Source: Camelus dromedarius (lineage: Eukaryota). From it: DNA of 64,000 nt. The translations under genes were made by a program, and so were the position numbers. The notes under the pieces are model-generated. The model made no database searches. It had not been told where the DNA came from and was given only the letters and a program-made list of their open reading frames with translations. Shown in pieces: positions 13,120 to 25,260 of the stretch (position 1 is its first letter; every line of letters starts with the position of its first letter). Where the stretch lies: NCBI RefSeq assembly GCF_036321535.1, contig NC_087436.1, positions 17,732,001 through 17,796,000 of the forward strand, given 5' to 3'.

Positions 13120-15840
13120 CAGAATTCCAGTTTCCAGTCCAGCATGTAAGAAGCTTAGAAGTTACCATTCCACCCTAATAACAGAGAGTAGAAAGCTAAG
13201 CAAACTGAAAAATCAACAACTCTTCTCAGATCCATTGGAGAAGTGAAGTCACAGGGCAAACTGCTGCCTCCAAAACTGAAGAGACAGACAGTCAGACACA
13301 AAGAATCACAACTTACTGAAGCAGAAACACATGAGCAGAAAAGTCCAGAGAAACCAATGCTGGCATAGGAAACTCTGATCTATAAATGACATTGCTGGAG
13401 GCTCAGTGTGGGCAACTCTGAGAGTTAAAAACTCCAGAGGAACCCAGTCACAGGGGTCTCCCACACTTTTGTGAATGTCACCTTCAGGAGCTCTGCGAGG
13501 TCCTCCATAAATATCAGAGAAGAATCCCCCTGTGCTTACAGCCACAGAAGGGTAAAAGTAATAATCTTGAAATATGCCAGGGCATTATTTTCTTCTGAAC
13601 AAGGCCTGCCCTCAGGAGAAACTGTTTTACCCAAGCATAACCTGCAGAATTTTATCAGAACCTAACTGACCTGGGGGAAGGGAAATGCCCAACTCCAGCC
13701 CCCTCTGGCCATCCTGTCCCACCTAAGGGAGGAAAAACCACTGAGAAGCCCTGGTGAAATTTACATTTCAGGGGAACAGACTCACTAAAAATTGAGACCT
13801 AACAACAAGACTACCAAAGTTTTCTCTCCCCCTACACCTTGGTACTACATCAGTAAAGGCTATTTATCATAGTTCTTTTTATTCAGTAAAACATGCTCAA
13901 CTTTCAAGAAAAAATTACAAGACATACTAAAAAGTACAAGCACAGTTTAAACGATTGAACAAGCACTAGAGCCAGAGTCACATATGGTAGGAATGTTAGA
14001 ATTTTTGACCATAATTTTTTAACTGTGATTAGTATGCTAAGTGCTTTCATGGGGAAAGCACCCAGCATGCAATAACAAACAGATAACGTAAGCAGAGAGA
14101 TGGAAATCCTACCGAGGACCCCAAAAAGAAATGCTAAAATTTAAAAAACACAAGAACATACATGGAGAATGTCTTTAATGAGCTTGTTAGTAGACTGGGC
14201 ATAACTAAGGGAAGAATCTTCAGACTTGAGGATATGATAATACAAATGTTCAAAACTGAAAAGCAAAGAGAAAAAAAATACTGAAAAACAAAACAGAATA
14301 GGTTACCAAGAACTGTGGGACAACTACAAAATGCATAACACATGTTTATCGGAAATACTAGAGAAGAAAGAGATAGAGAAGAGAGGTAATACTTGAAACA
14401 ATGATGACTGAGATTTTTTTCCCAAGTTAATATCAGGCACCATCCACAGATTCAAGAAGTTCAGAGAATAACAGGCATGTTAAATGCAAAGAAAACTTCA
14501 CCTACGCAAATCATATTCAAACTACAGAAAATCAGTGATAAAGAAAACATCTTGGAAAAAGAGGAAAACACATTTTACTTATAAAGGAGAAAAGATAAGA
14601 ATTACATCTGATTCTGCTCAGAGAGCATGCAAGCAAAATGAGAGTGAAGTGAAATATTTAACGTTTTGAGAGAAAAAAAAGAAACCCTACCAAATTAGAA
14701 ATTTTCCTTCTGTGAAATGATCTTTCCTGTGAAATTATCCTCTAAAAGTGAAAGAGAAATAAAGACTTTCTCAAACAAAAATTGAGAAAATTTGTTGCCA
14801 ATAGATCTGCCTTACCAAAAATATTTAAAGAAGCTCTTCAGAGAGAAGAAAAATGATATAAATCAGAAACTTGGATCTACATTAAGAGTATTAGAAAAGG
14901 AATCAGTGAAGATACCTTGGACTGAATTGTGTCCCTGTAAAATTCATAGGTTGAAGCCCTAAACTCCCATATGACTGTATTTGGAGATAGAAGTTTGAGG
15001 AGTTAATTAAGGTTAAATGAGATCATGAGTGTGGGGGTCTTAATCTGATAGGACTGATGGCCTTATAAGAAGAGGAAGACATTCTCTTCCTCTCCCTCTC
15101 CCCTCCCCCCTCCCCTCCTTCCCCCTCCTCCTCCCTCTCTCTCTCTCTCTCTCTCCATGCATGCATTGAGAAAAGGCCATGTCAGCACACACTGAGAAGT
15201 TGGCAATCTACAAGTTAGTGAGAGAGCTCTCACCAGAAACTGAACTGGTGGGTTGAAGCAGAGGGAATACTTCCTAACTCATTCTATGAGGCCAAAAGTA
15301 CCCTGATACCAATACCAGATAAAGACATTCCAAGAAAAGAAAACTACAGACCAATATTTCTCATGGGATATCTCTTTTGCACATATATGCAAAAATTCTT
15401 AACAAAATATTAGCAAATCGAATTCAACAATGTAAAAAAAGAATTATACACCATGATAAACTGTTAGAAAATTATACACATGAGATAGATAAAATGGGAT
15501 TTATTCCAGGGATGAAAGGCTGGCTCAACACATGAAAATAAATTAATTTAAATCACCACATCAACAGGGTAAAGAAAAATTAAGATGATCATATCAATAG
15601 ATGGAGGAAAAGCATTTGATTAAATCCAACACTCATTCATGATAACATCTCTCAGAAGACCAGGAATAGAGGAGAATTCCTCAACTTGATAAAGAATGTC
15701 TATTGAAAACCTACAGCTCATGGTGAGAAACTTGAAGCTTTCCCCCTAAGATCATGAAGAGGGCAAGTTTGTCCCCTCTGACTACTGCTTTTCAATATCG
15801 CACTATAATTCCTAGCTAATGCAATAAGAAAAGAAAAGTG
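13120..15840 (+). mobile_element. Old L1M element: 5' UTR, ORF1 and an ORF2 RT fragment (15253-15840), internally deleted
   Basis: L1M 5'-end motif 'ttccagtttccagtccagcatgtaagaagcttagaag', ORF1 remnants ('aagataagaattacatctga', RITSD) and ORF2 'ttcctaactcattctatgaggcc...ccctgatacc'. Confidence 0.8.
14912..15252 (+). mobile_element. MaLR LTR (MLT1A-like), 3'-truncated
   Basis: 'ggactgaattgtgtccc...aattcataggttgaagccctaa...tgactgtatttggagatag...aggttaaatgagatcat...ccttataagaagaggaaga', with an internal CT tract. Confidence 0.85.
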
Positions 15841-15979
15841 ATTACCTTAAGAGTCAGAATACTGGTTACCATGGAAGGGAGAGGGGAACTCTTGTTAGAA
15901 TGGGCTATGGCAGCAAAGTTCTGTTTTTCACCTGCATTGTAGTTACCAGGTGTTCATCTTATAAATGATTCACTAAGAT

Positions 15980-16281
15980 TAAGGTTCTCCAAACATGATC
16001 ACGGATCCATAGCATTAACATCACTTGGGAACTTGACAGAAATGCAATTCTTCAGATCCCAGCCCACTTCTTCTGTCAGACTAGTTTGAACTATTTCCAA
16101 TAAACACCATCCTGGCTGGCACGTATGTCATTCCTTTATCTTCTCTCAGCTACTTTTACATGAATTCCTCAGAGATTAAAATTGAAGACTGAATCAGAGA
16201 CTCTCAAGAGGGGACCCAGCAATCTGTGCTTTGACAAGCCCTCTAGGTTTGCAGATGTGTACTAAAGTCTGAGAACCACTG
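15980..16281. mobile_element. MER5A hAT-Charlie MITE carrying a ~115-bp foreign insert
   Basis: 'catcacttgggaacttgacagaaatgcaattc' ... 'actgaatcagagactct...cccagcaatctgtgctttgacaagccctc...aaagtctgagaaccactg'. Confidence 0.85.
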
Positions 16282-16391
16282 TATTGAGCTCCATACTTGT
16301 TCTGTGTGGTTTGCTGATTCTATGTTTTATTTTATAATAAGAAGCTTAAAATATTTTTAAGTGGCAGAGTAATGTGTTTTTTGAAAAGAGA

Positions 16392-16592
16392 CACATATTT
16401 GAAAGTTGTTGCTAGAGTAGATCTTAAAATTTTTCATCACAAGAAAAGAAATCGTAACCATGTGTAGTGATAGATGTTAACTAGACTTATTGTGATGATC
16501 ATTTCACATTATATACAAGTATTGAATCATTACATTGCACAATTAAAACTAATATAATGTTATATGTCAATTATATCTCAATTTTTAAAAAG
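16392..16592 (+). mobile_element. L1MA9-like 3' terminus
   Basis: 'gagtagatcttaaaatttttcatcacaag...aactaatataatgttatatgtcaattatatctcaattttt'. Confidence 0.85.
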
Positions 16593-17225
16593 GTAATGAG
16601 GAAATTCTATTATATATGTAGATCTAATTTTTATATACTTATATGGTAACAGTATGTAGTGACATACATCAAGTCCTTAGCATTGATTAACTCAGGGAAA
16701 TGGAATTAAAAGAGAGTTTAACTTTAAATTTCTATTGCTGATTTATTAATTTGATTTGATATTGCTATTGTATCTTACAAGAACTAAAATGTTAAAAGGT
16801 TAAAAACACAAAAATTAAAACTTTAACTTATACATTTTCTAAACTGTATTTCCTGGAGGACTAGTGTCCCACTACAAGTTAACAGGTGTTCCAATTAAAA
16901 TGTTTAGTTGTCAAATAAAGTATAAAGAATATCTTAGAACTTCAAAATGCAAATTAGTATTTTAAATGTTGTAAAAATTCCCACATGTTTAACATCACTC
17001 AGTTTTCCCCCAAATTTTTAAACTATGAAAACCTTCTTCCTGAAATTCCTAATAACACCTAGTAGCTGTGGTGTGCTGAAGCCAGCTTGCACAGAGACAC
17101 AGTTGTACACATTTCTTTCCAACTGTGGGTTCAGTAACATTGGATTGGTAGCTTGAAATCAGCCATGGAAGTAATAGTCACACTACGGAAATCAGCAAAC
17201 ACTGTAAGTCAAGTCTCCATCTACT

Positions 17226-19166
17226 ATATCCAAATTGGAAGGGAAGAGGTAAAATTGTCACTATATGCAGATAACATGATACCCTATATATAAAACTCTA
17301 AAAACTCCACACAAAGACTATTAGAACTAATAAATGAATTCAGCAAGCTAATAGGATACAAGATCAATATACAAAAGTCAGTTGAAATATCAGAAAGAGA
17401 AAGTAAAAAAACAATCCCATTTTAAATGGCATCAAAAATACCTAGGAATAAAATTGATCAGGGAGGTGGAGGACTTACACACTGAGAACTATAAAACATC
17501 AGTAAAGGAAATTGAAGATGATTCAAATAAATGAAGATATCCCATGCTCTTGGACTGGAACAATTAATATTGTTAAAATAGCCATACTAGCCAAAGCAAT
17601 AGACAGATTTAATGAGATCCCTATCAAATTACCCATGACGGTTTTCATAGAACTAGAACAGATAATACTAAAATGTATGTAGAATCACAAAAGACCCAGA
17701 ATCATTTAAGCAATCCTGAGGAAAAGAACAAAGCTGGAAGCACAGCCCTCCCAGACTTCGGACAATCCTACAGAGCTACAGTAACCAAAACAGCAGGGTG
17801 TTGGCACAAAAACAGACAATGGGACAGAATAGAGAGCCCAGAAGGAAACCCACACACCTCTGGTCAAAAAAGTCTTCAACAAAGGAGGCAAGAACATACA
17901 ACGGAGAAAAAGTCTCTTCAGCAAGTGGTGTTGGGAAAACTGGACAGCTGCACGTAAACCAATGAAGTTGGAACATTCCCTCACACTATACACAAAAATA
18001 GACTCCCAGTGACTTAAAGACTTAAATATAAAACATGACACCATAAAACTCCTAGAGGAGAACATAGGCAAAGCATTCTTAGATATAAATTGTAGTAATA
18101 TTTTCTTAGATTAGTCTCCCAAGGCAAAAGAAACAAAAGCAAAAATCAACAAATGAGACCTAAACTTAATAAGCTTTTGCACAACAAGAGAAACCATAAA
18201 CAAAACGAAAAGACAACCTACAGACCAGGAGGAAACATTTGCAAATGATACGACTGACAAGGGCTTAATTTCCAAAATATACAGACAGCTCATACAACTC
18301 AATATCAAAAAACAAACAACCCAATCAAAAAAATGGACAAAAGACCTAAATAGACATTTCACCAAAGATACACAGATGGAAAACAGGCACATGAAAAGAT
18401 GCTCAGTATCATTATCAGAGAAATGCAAATCAAAACTACACTGAGGTATCACTTCACACTGGTCAGAATGGCCATCGTTAAAAAGTCGACAAGTAACAAA
18501 TGCTGGAGAGGGTATGGAGAAAAAGGGACCCCTCCTGCACTGCTGGTGAGAATGTAAATTGGTGCAGCCACTATGAAAAACAGTATAGAGGTTCCTTAAA
18601 AAACTAAAATTAGAGTTATCATATGATCCAGCAATCCCACGTCTGGGCATACATCTGAAAAGGATGGAAACTCAAATTTTAAAAGATATATGGACCCCAG
18701 TGTTCACAGCAGCAGTATTCACAATAGCCAAGACACGGAAGCAACCTAAGTGTCCATCAACAGATGACTGGGTAAAGAAGATGTGGTATATATACATAAT
18801 AGTATATTACTCAGCCATAAAAAAGAATGAACTATTACCATTTGCAGCAACATGGATGAACCTAGAGATTATCATACAAAGTGAAGTAAGTCAGAGAAAG
18901 ACAAATATTATATGATATCACTTATATGTAGAATCTAAAAAAATAATACAAATCAGCTTTTGTACAAAACAGAAACAGACTCACAGACATAGAAAAGAAA
19001 TGTATGGTTATCAAAGGAGAAAGGGGGCAAGGATAAATTAGGTGTATGGGATTAACAGATACACACCATTATATATAAAATCCTTAAACAAGAATTTACT
19101 GTGTAGCACAGGGAACTATATTCAATATCTTGTAATAATCTATAAAGGGAAATAATCTGAATAAGA

Positions 19167-19198
<32 letters not shown>

Positions 19199-19271
19199 CT
19201 GAATCACTTTGCTATACACCTGAAACTAACAAAATTAAAAGTCAAGTATAGTTTAATAAAAAAAATTTATA
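17226..19271 (+). mobile_element. 5'-truncated ~2-kb cetartiodactyl-type L1 (ORF2 3' half and 3' UTR) with 15-bp TSD
   Basis: ORF2-derived ORFs at 17673-17957 and 18664-18915, frameshifted. TSD aagtctccatctact (17211-17225) / aagactccatctact (19272-19286). Confidence 0.95.
19167..19197. repeat. (ATAG)n tetranucleotide microsatellite within an L1 3' UTR
   Basis: About 7 perfect ATAG units. Confidence 0.95.
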
Positions 19272-21129
19272 AAGACTCCATCTACTTCCAGAGCCAGTTG
19301 TTAAACATTTTCCAGCACACCATTCTAGAAGACTACATTTCATAAGAAACCGGGAAATTCTGCTTTACATTTCTCCCTTTAATTTGAATCTGGTTGTCCT
19401 TAATCATTTTAAATGTGTTATATTCTTCATTTATAATCCATAAGCAAATAAAAATTTTACTACTCCTGGCATACTAAAATTGATTGATAAAAATGTTTTA
19501 AAGCACTAAAAAGAAGGTTGAGAAAAAGTAGACACTGAGTAAAAGAAGTTGAAAGGCACCTCCTGTCCTGTTGCTGTAATGGTGTGGAAATCTGAGGGTA
19601 GAACAAGACGTTTCTCATATTTTCAAAGCAGCAGGAAAAGACAATGTTAAAATTTTCTGTTTATGTGATAGTGCATTTCTTAGGCAGTATAAAGTTCTAA
19701 GTATTTTTTCCTCCAATTGCAACCACTGCCAGTCTCATCATGTAGAAATAGCTCCAATTCCTCACAGGACAGTGTATGAAAGTAGTTCTAGATTTGTGTA
19801 TTTTGGGCAGAGATGACCCGTGTCCTAAAGAACTTCATCACATCCACGTGGAATTCATTAGTAAGTGACTTCCTTTGTCAGACTAGTCTGAAATACGTTT
19901 CCAGTAAACCATCCTGGCTGACGCGTACGTCATTCCTTTATCCTCTCTCAGCTACTTTTACACGGACTCCTCAGAGATGAAACCTTAGGACACCCGCAGA
20001 GGAGTGGGACAGGGGCCAGTGGTTGGAGATTTTTGAACAGGTGGTGGCGAGCAAGACTGTTACAATAACATCAGTAGAGCTCATCTTTACAATGGAAGGC
20101 TTACATTATTCTTTAACCTTATAACAAAAGGGACAGATATTAGATAACCAAAGTCCCCCTTGCTGTGCCTGGGTTGCTGGCAGCCGCCTTCCTCAAACAG
20201 AATTAGAACACACCACACAGATCAGCTATGGAACACGTGTCTATGGAAGCAGAAGTGGGAATCCCAGCAGCGGGACAACAAACTCCGTTGCCCAGCAACC
20301 CTGTGGCCATGTGCTGTACAGTAACACTGAGCCCAGCCCTTGAAGCAGGACTCCAATTCCTCATCTATGGAGTCATGCATACCAGAATTACAGGCTTGCA
20401 TGCCATAGGCTTCCGAGCAAAGAAGGCAACTCCGATTGTGAATTGGACCGTGGGCTTTCCTCACAGGCAGTGGTAGAAACAGACCGTGAGCTCAAATAGA
20501 ATTCTCATTGCTATGTGACTGCTCCAGGAATGATGCAGAGCCCTGTACTGATGGGTCGTAAATCACAGGGAGAACAGATACAAAGCATGTGACCAGGTTG
20601 ATAATAGCATTCACGTCATCATTCTACCATCTTAATCTATAAGAAACTACATCAAATTTACATTTAATTAGTGGGGGGGGGGTGTTAAATAAGCAGTTGA
20701 GTTTATACAATCAATCCACTGCTTAACAGACACAGGCGTTCGCATGTGCGCCACAGAAACTAGGGAGATGAGAACTCATTCCAAAAAGTCAAGCCTGCTT
20801 CTAGTCATTTCCTCGGCTGTCGGAACATCTCGGACTTGTCAAATCTCCATTTGTTTTCTGTAATTATTCTGGATGTCTCCATGCTGACAGGTGAGCATCA
20901 AACAATCTTTTCAGGCTTATGTGAGAAGCATACATCATTCTTACTTCCTAATGAGACCCACGGGGGCTGAGGATTCTCTAAGGAGCTCCCTGGACTTATG
21001 TCACGTTCTTGATCACTACCATTTGCTTTCATATTTAACTTTTATATGACTATTAAAAAAGTAGCTAGCCACATCCAAATTTCAGATGAAAGAGAATGTT
21101 CTAATTCTCAGTGATATTTTGTGCTCATT

Positions 21130-21350
21130 ATAATAGCTACCGCTTGCTGTGCATTTTTTTCCAGGTGCTTTGCATTATTTGATAGATTTCCTATAACAAC
21201 CCTACAGAGTAGATAGCTTACAGATAAGTATACTTAATTTCAGAAAAATAAATAAATAACTGGCCTAGGAATGTCGAATTAGCAAGAGGGAGCTAAGATT
21301 TAAGCTGTCTTCCTACAAAGTTGTTGGGTGTTCCCACTTCAACATTCTCC
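21130..21350 (-). mobile_element. MIR SINE
   Basis: 'ataatagctac...ataacaaccctacagagtag...ttacagataag'. Confidence 0.65.
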
Positions 21351-22289
21351 CTCAACGTGACTCCTATATTCACTGCTCAACTTCGCGCTGGCTTCTTTGA
21401 TTTTCTTGGTCAGCAAGGCATCAGCACCGTGTTCTAACCATTCTTGTGAAAATCAAAAACAAGAAAATAAGTATCCTGGTTTGTTTCTTATAGGGTATTC
21501 CTGGTGGGAACAAACCCAGTGAAAAATGTCTGAACTGCCTCTCAGATTCCCCTCCGAGTGTGTCGTTCTGGGCAAGACAGCCATGGCCGCGTTGTAAATG
21601 AGACGAGCTGACTTTTTGTGCTGTCTCGGTGAGATGTGCCCTGGCACTCACATTTCCTGGCCCTTAACTTGATGAATGTTGGCAGAGCACGGTGACTACT
21701 GCTTGCAGGAGTCTTAATGAATGATTGCATTCTGATTGACTTCTAGCCCAGACAAAATGCTGAATATACTCACTTTCAATACCCAGTGGCTCTTCCATTA
21801 ATGCCTGGCTGAGTTTTACATGTAGACCAAAGTCCCGAATAAATTTAAGGTTAAATTAGTCACAAAAATGCAAACCGTCCAGCATCACTTGTGGCTTGTA
21901 GTTGTAGAGAGATATCAGGATAAAAGGTGTACCTACCTCTCAGTTTTGTTGTGAATTGAAAACTACTGTAAAAAAAATTTTTAAGTCTTGAAAAGGAAAA
22001 GATAATAGGTGTAAATTTACAATCCTAGGTTGACTCTGTGTGCCTCAAAATTGATATCCCGATAAAAACTAAAACAAAACGAATATGAATTTTTCTGGGT
22101 AATCACAATTTTGTGTCATTAATAGTTTTTATTTTAAACCATTCCTCCTAAGGGGTAAAATGTTTCTCCATCTTTCTTAGGTATGTCTACACAATAGTAG
22201 TAAGATGTGACACCAAGATCCTAATAAAAACTCAAGAGGAGGGACTGAGTAAAAGCACCAGGCTGGACTTCATGTATCTACATCAACAG

Positions 22290-22490
22290 TGCAGGTGGAG
22301 GAGTGCTGCAGAGAGCTCTGGATTTTATCTGTGTCCTGCAGTAAGTAATTTTCATCTTTCTGGGTCTCAGTTTCCCCATCTATAGATTGGCATTAGTAGA
22401 ATCACTTTTTCAGAGCAATGTTATGAAAGTTAAATAAGGTGATGATTGTGAAAATATTTACTTATATACAGAGTTCTATACAAATACTCA
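22290..22490 (+). mobile_element. MIR SINE
   Basis: 'tctgggtctcagtttccccatctat...ttaaataaggtgat'. Confidence 0.7.
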
Positions 22491-22719
22491 ACTGTGTTAA
22501 TATGGTAGAGAAGAGTGATTATGTAGCTGATGCTCCTGTTTTTCAGTCATACTTGGTGTTTTGTAGGTCTTGGGGAAGGAAAACATTAGAGACATGTACT
22601 CATTTATAGGTACTATTTATGTAATGTCAAAAAACAAAAAGAACAATTCAGAAAATGTACTTTTCAAAGCATTCTCTTCTACGCATTCATTTAGCAATTC
22701 TCTCCTTGCTCTTTCTTAC

Positions 22720-25260
22720 CTAAATTTTTTTCATCATGAGTAATAAATTCTTAATGAAAAATTTTTAAATATACAAAAAAGAGCATGAAAAATTACCTGT
22801 AACACCACCAAGATATAACCACTGTTAACATTTAGTTATTTATTTTTAGACACTTTTCTATACACTTCTATTTTTAACCAAAAAAAAAGAACCATGCTGT
22901 TTATTGAATTTTTAAATAATTTTTTGTAATAGTAATAAATATTATTCTTATTTTCCTTTCCCTTATGTCAATCAATATTCTTCAAAAATATTACAGATAT
23001 TTTTATAATACTCAATTACAGTATTATAATGTATGGCAAAAATAATTTATCTAACCATTCCTCTGCTAATGAATATTTTCTTTACATTGTTTTTCTATTC
23101 AAAGAATTCTGCATTTAATGTGCACATATATAGATCTTTGTTCAATCTGTCTCCAACTGTTGAAAATATTCTGACAAAGAATATGAGCCTCTCCAAGGCT
23201 CTTGAAGGACATGGCCAAATTGTTTTTCTCATAAATTGTATCCATTCACATATCCATCAGCCACGAGATGGTCTATCTCAACAAACACTGGTTAATGTTG
23301 GCTATTATATTTTCAAAAAGTACTTGATCACTTGATAGCTAGAAAAAGGTATCTTATTTTATTTTACTTTATTTCTAATGATATTGAGATGAAGTGTTTA
23401 TATTCTTAACAATTTATTTGTCTAATTGATCTATCATGGTAATTAAAACCTCTCACGATAACTGAATTTTGCTAAAGCTACTTTGAATTTCAAAAGCTTT
23501 CACCTTCTCTGTTCCTGATACAGTGTTACTCCATGCATGAGGATTTTTGAGTGTTTTTATCTTTGTTCCTAGTTTTACTATCTTTTGATTAAAATGACCC
23601 TCCTTAAAGCATTTAATGTTTTCGCTTTAAATTCTGCTTTATGTAATACTAACATTGCTTCCTTTTGCCTTGTATTTGCCCTGAATTTATTTGCCAATGT
23701 TTCCAAATATATGTTATATATGAGGAAATTATATATGATAAAATATATGAGGAAATTATAAATAGCATACCACTGGATTTGTTCTTTCATTGAGATGTTT
23801 AACTAATATACATTTTATTAATCTAATACTTCGTCATGTTTCTATCAATATGCATTTTCTTTTTATTTCTTTAAAATACTTGCTTGCTGGTTTTTCCCTA
23901 TTTATTTTTACTAAATAGAGGTTTGGTTTGGGGAGGGGGGCGGGTTGCTGTTGTTTATAATCTTTACTTTGAAAAGAAGAAAGTCTACACTTATTCCTTA
24001 AGTAACTATCTTAAATTTTCCTAAGAGAGTCATAAAAGCATATTAACGTAACCATAGAGTTAAGGGCAAAGTAATCATTTGTTAATGGCCACTGAAGAGT
24101 AAAACACGTCATGCCTTTTGTTTTTAAATAGTCTCCAATTTTTAAATTTTATTTTAATTTAAGATATGGATCCTGTATTTTTCCTTCTTTAATGTCTTAT
24201 ACAACAGGAGCTATGTATTTTAAAGGGAAACCAAATTTTGTAACCCACATGGTACTTTAAAAATTATTAGGCTAATGATTTGATCTAATAATTATTACTA
24301 ATAATTAAGACTGGTGGCCCTTGGCAACCACCATTTCCCTTCAGGTCATTGACACAGTTTGTATTATCATAACTCAGGTTTTCAAATTATTTTTTGACGT
24401 TGCCTGGATAGCATATTTTTAATTCATTTATCAACTAATTGCTTTCTGTTGCCTTTGCACGTTAATAACTTGACTGGGTATAAAATTCTTTCAAAGTGCT
24501 GTAATCAAACAGCAACAATGAGAAGAGGAAGGAGTAGAAGGAGGGGGAGGGGAAGAGTGGAGAGAGGAGAAAAGGAGGAGGAGGAAGAGGAGGGAAGCAG
24601 AAGAAAAAGAACATATGTTATGCTTACTACGTCTCAGGTACACTTCTAAATACTTTAAATATACTAATTCATTTAATCCTAACAATGACCATAAGAAAGT
24701 GTATTTATTATCTGCATTGCATTATTGATGAAAATGAGGCACAAAGAGGGTAAGGACGTTGCCGCAGCTCAAATAACTAATATTCAGCAAAGCCACGTTT
24801 TGAAACCAGGCAGTCTGTCTCCAACCTCTCCATGATCTCAACTGTTAACCTCTATTCCTTTATTTTCTAATGCTTAATAGCAATGAAATGAAAAGAGAAT
24901 CAATGTCCTTTGTAGGGAACCTATGTTGATATTTTTCTTCTCAGTGTGTTTTTCCTGATTTTTATGTGATCCTGGGCTTTTAAAGATTGCATGAGAATAT
25001 GTGGAGGCGTGGTTCTGTTTCATAAATGTACTTCAATGCACATTCTAGATGTTGAGGCTGAGATCATCCTTTTGCCGTTATGGAGTTTTCCTTTTTCCTT
25101 TGACCATTGCTTTTGATTCATCCTTTATAGTTCTTACAGAAATTCCATTTTATATAGATTAGTCTCTTGGATGGGTCATCTATGTTCCTCATATTTTTGT
25201 AATTTCCTAATTTCTGAATTATGGGTGAATATGTCTTTTACTACATCAATTCAACTTTCA
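22720..25260 (-). mobile_element. Highly decayed antisense L1ME/HAL1-like fragments, interrupted by a purine-rich tract and a MIR
   Basis: T-rich; 'aaaaattacctgtaacaccaccaagatataaccactgttaacatttt', 'ggacatggccaaattgtttt' and 'ttgactgggtataaaattct'. Confidence 0.5.
24610..24830 (-). mobile_element. MIR SINE
   Basis: 'ttcatttaatcctaacaatgacc...gatgaaaatgaggcacaaagagggtaag...tttgaaaccaggcagtctg'. Confidence 0.8.

Larger units (their letters stand above)
17066..19325. mobile_element. MER63-like hAT-Blackjack MITE, split by an L1
   Basis: 'gtggtgtgctgaagccagctt...ttggtagcttgaaatcagccatgg' and, after the L1, 'agagccagttgttaaacattttccagcacacca'. Confidence 0.8.

Noticed and set aside
17673..18915. 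Cluster of ORFs up to 179 aa on both strands
   Set aside because: These are sense and antisense frames of a frameshifted, 5'-truncated L1.
20222..20476. Overlapping 80-82 aa ORFs on both strands
   Set aside because: No recognisable homology, and the length is within chance expectation.
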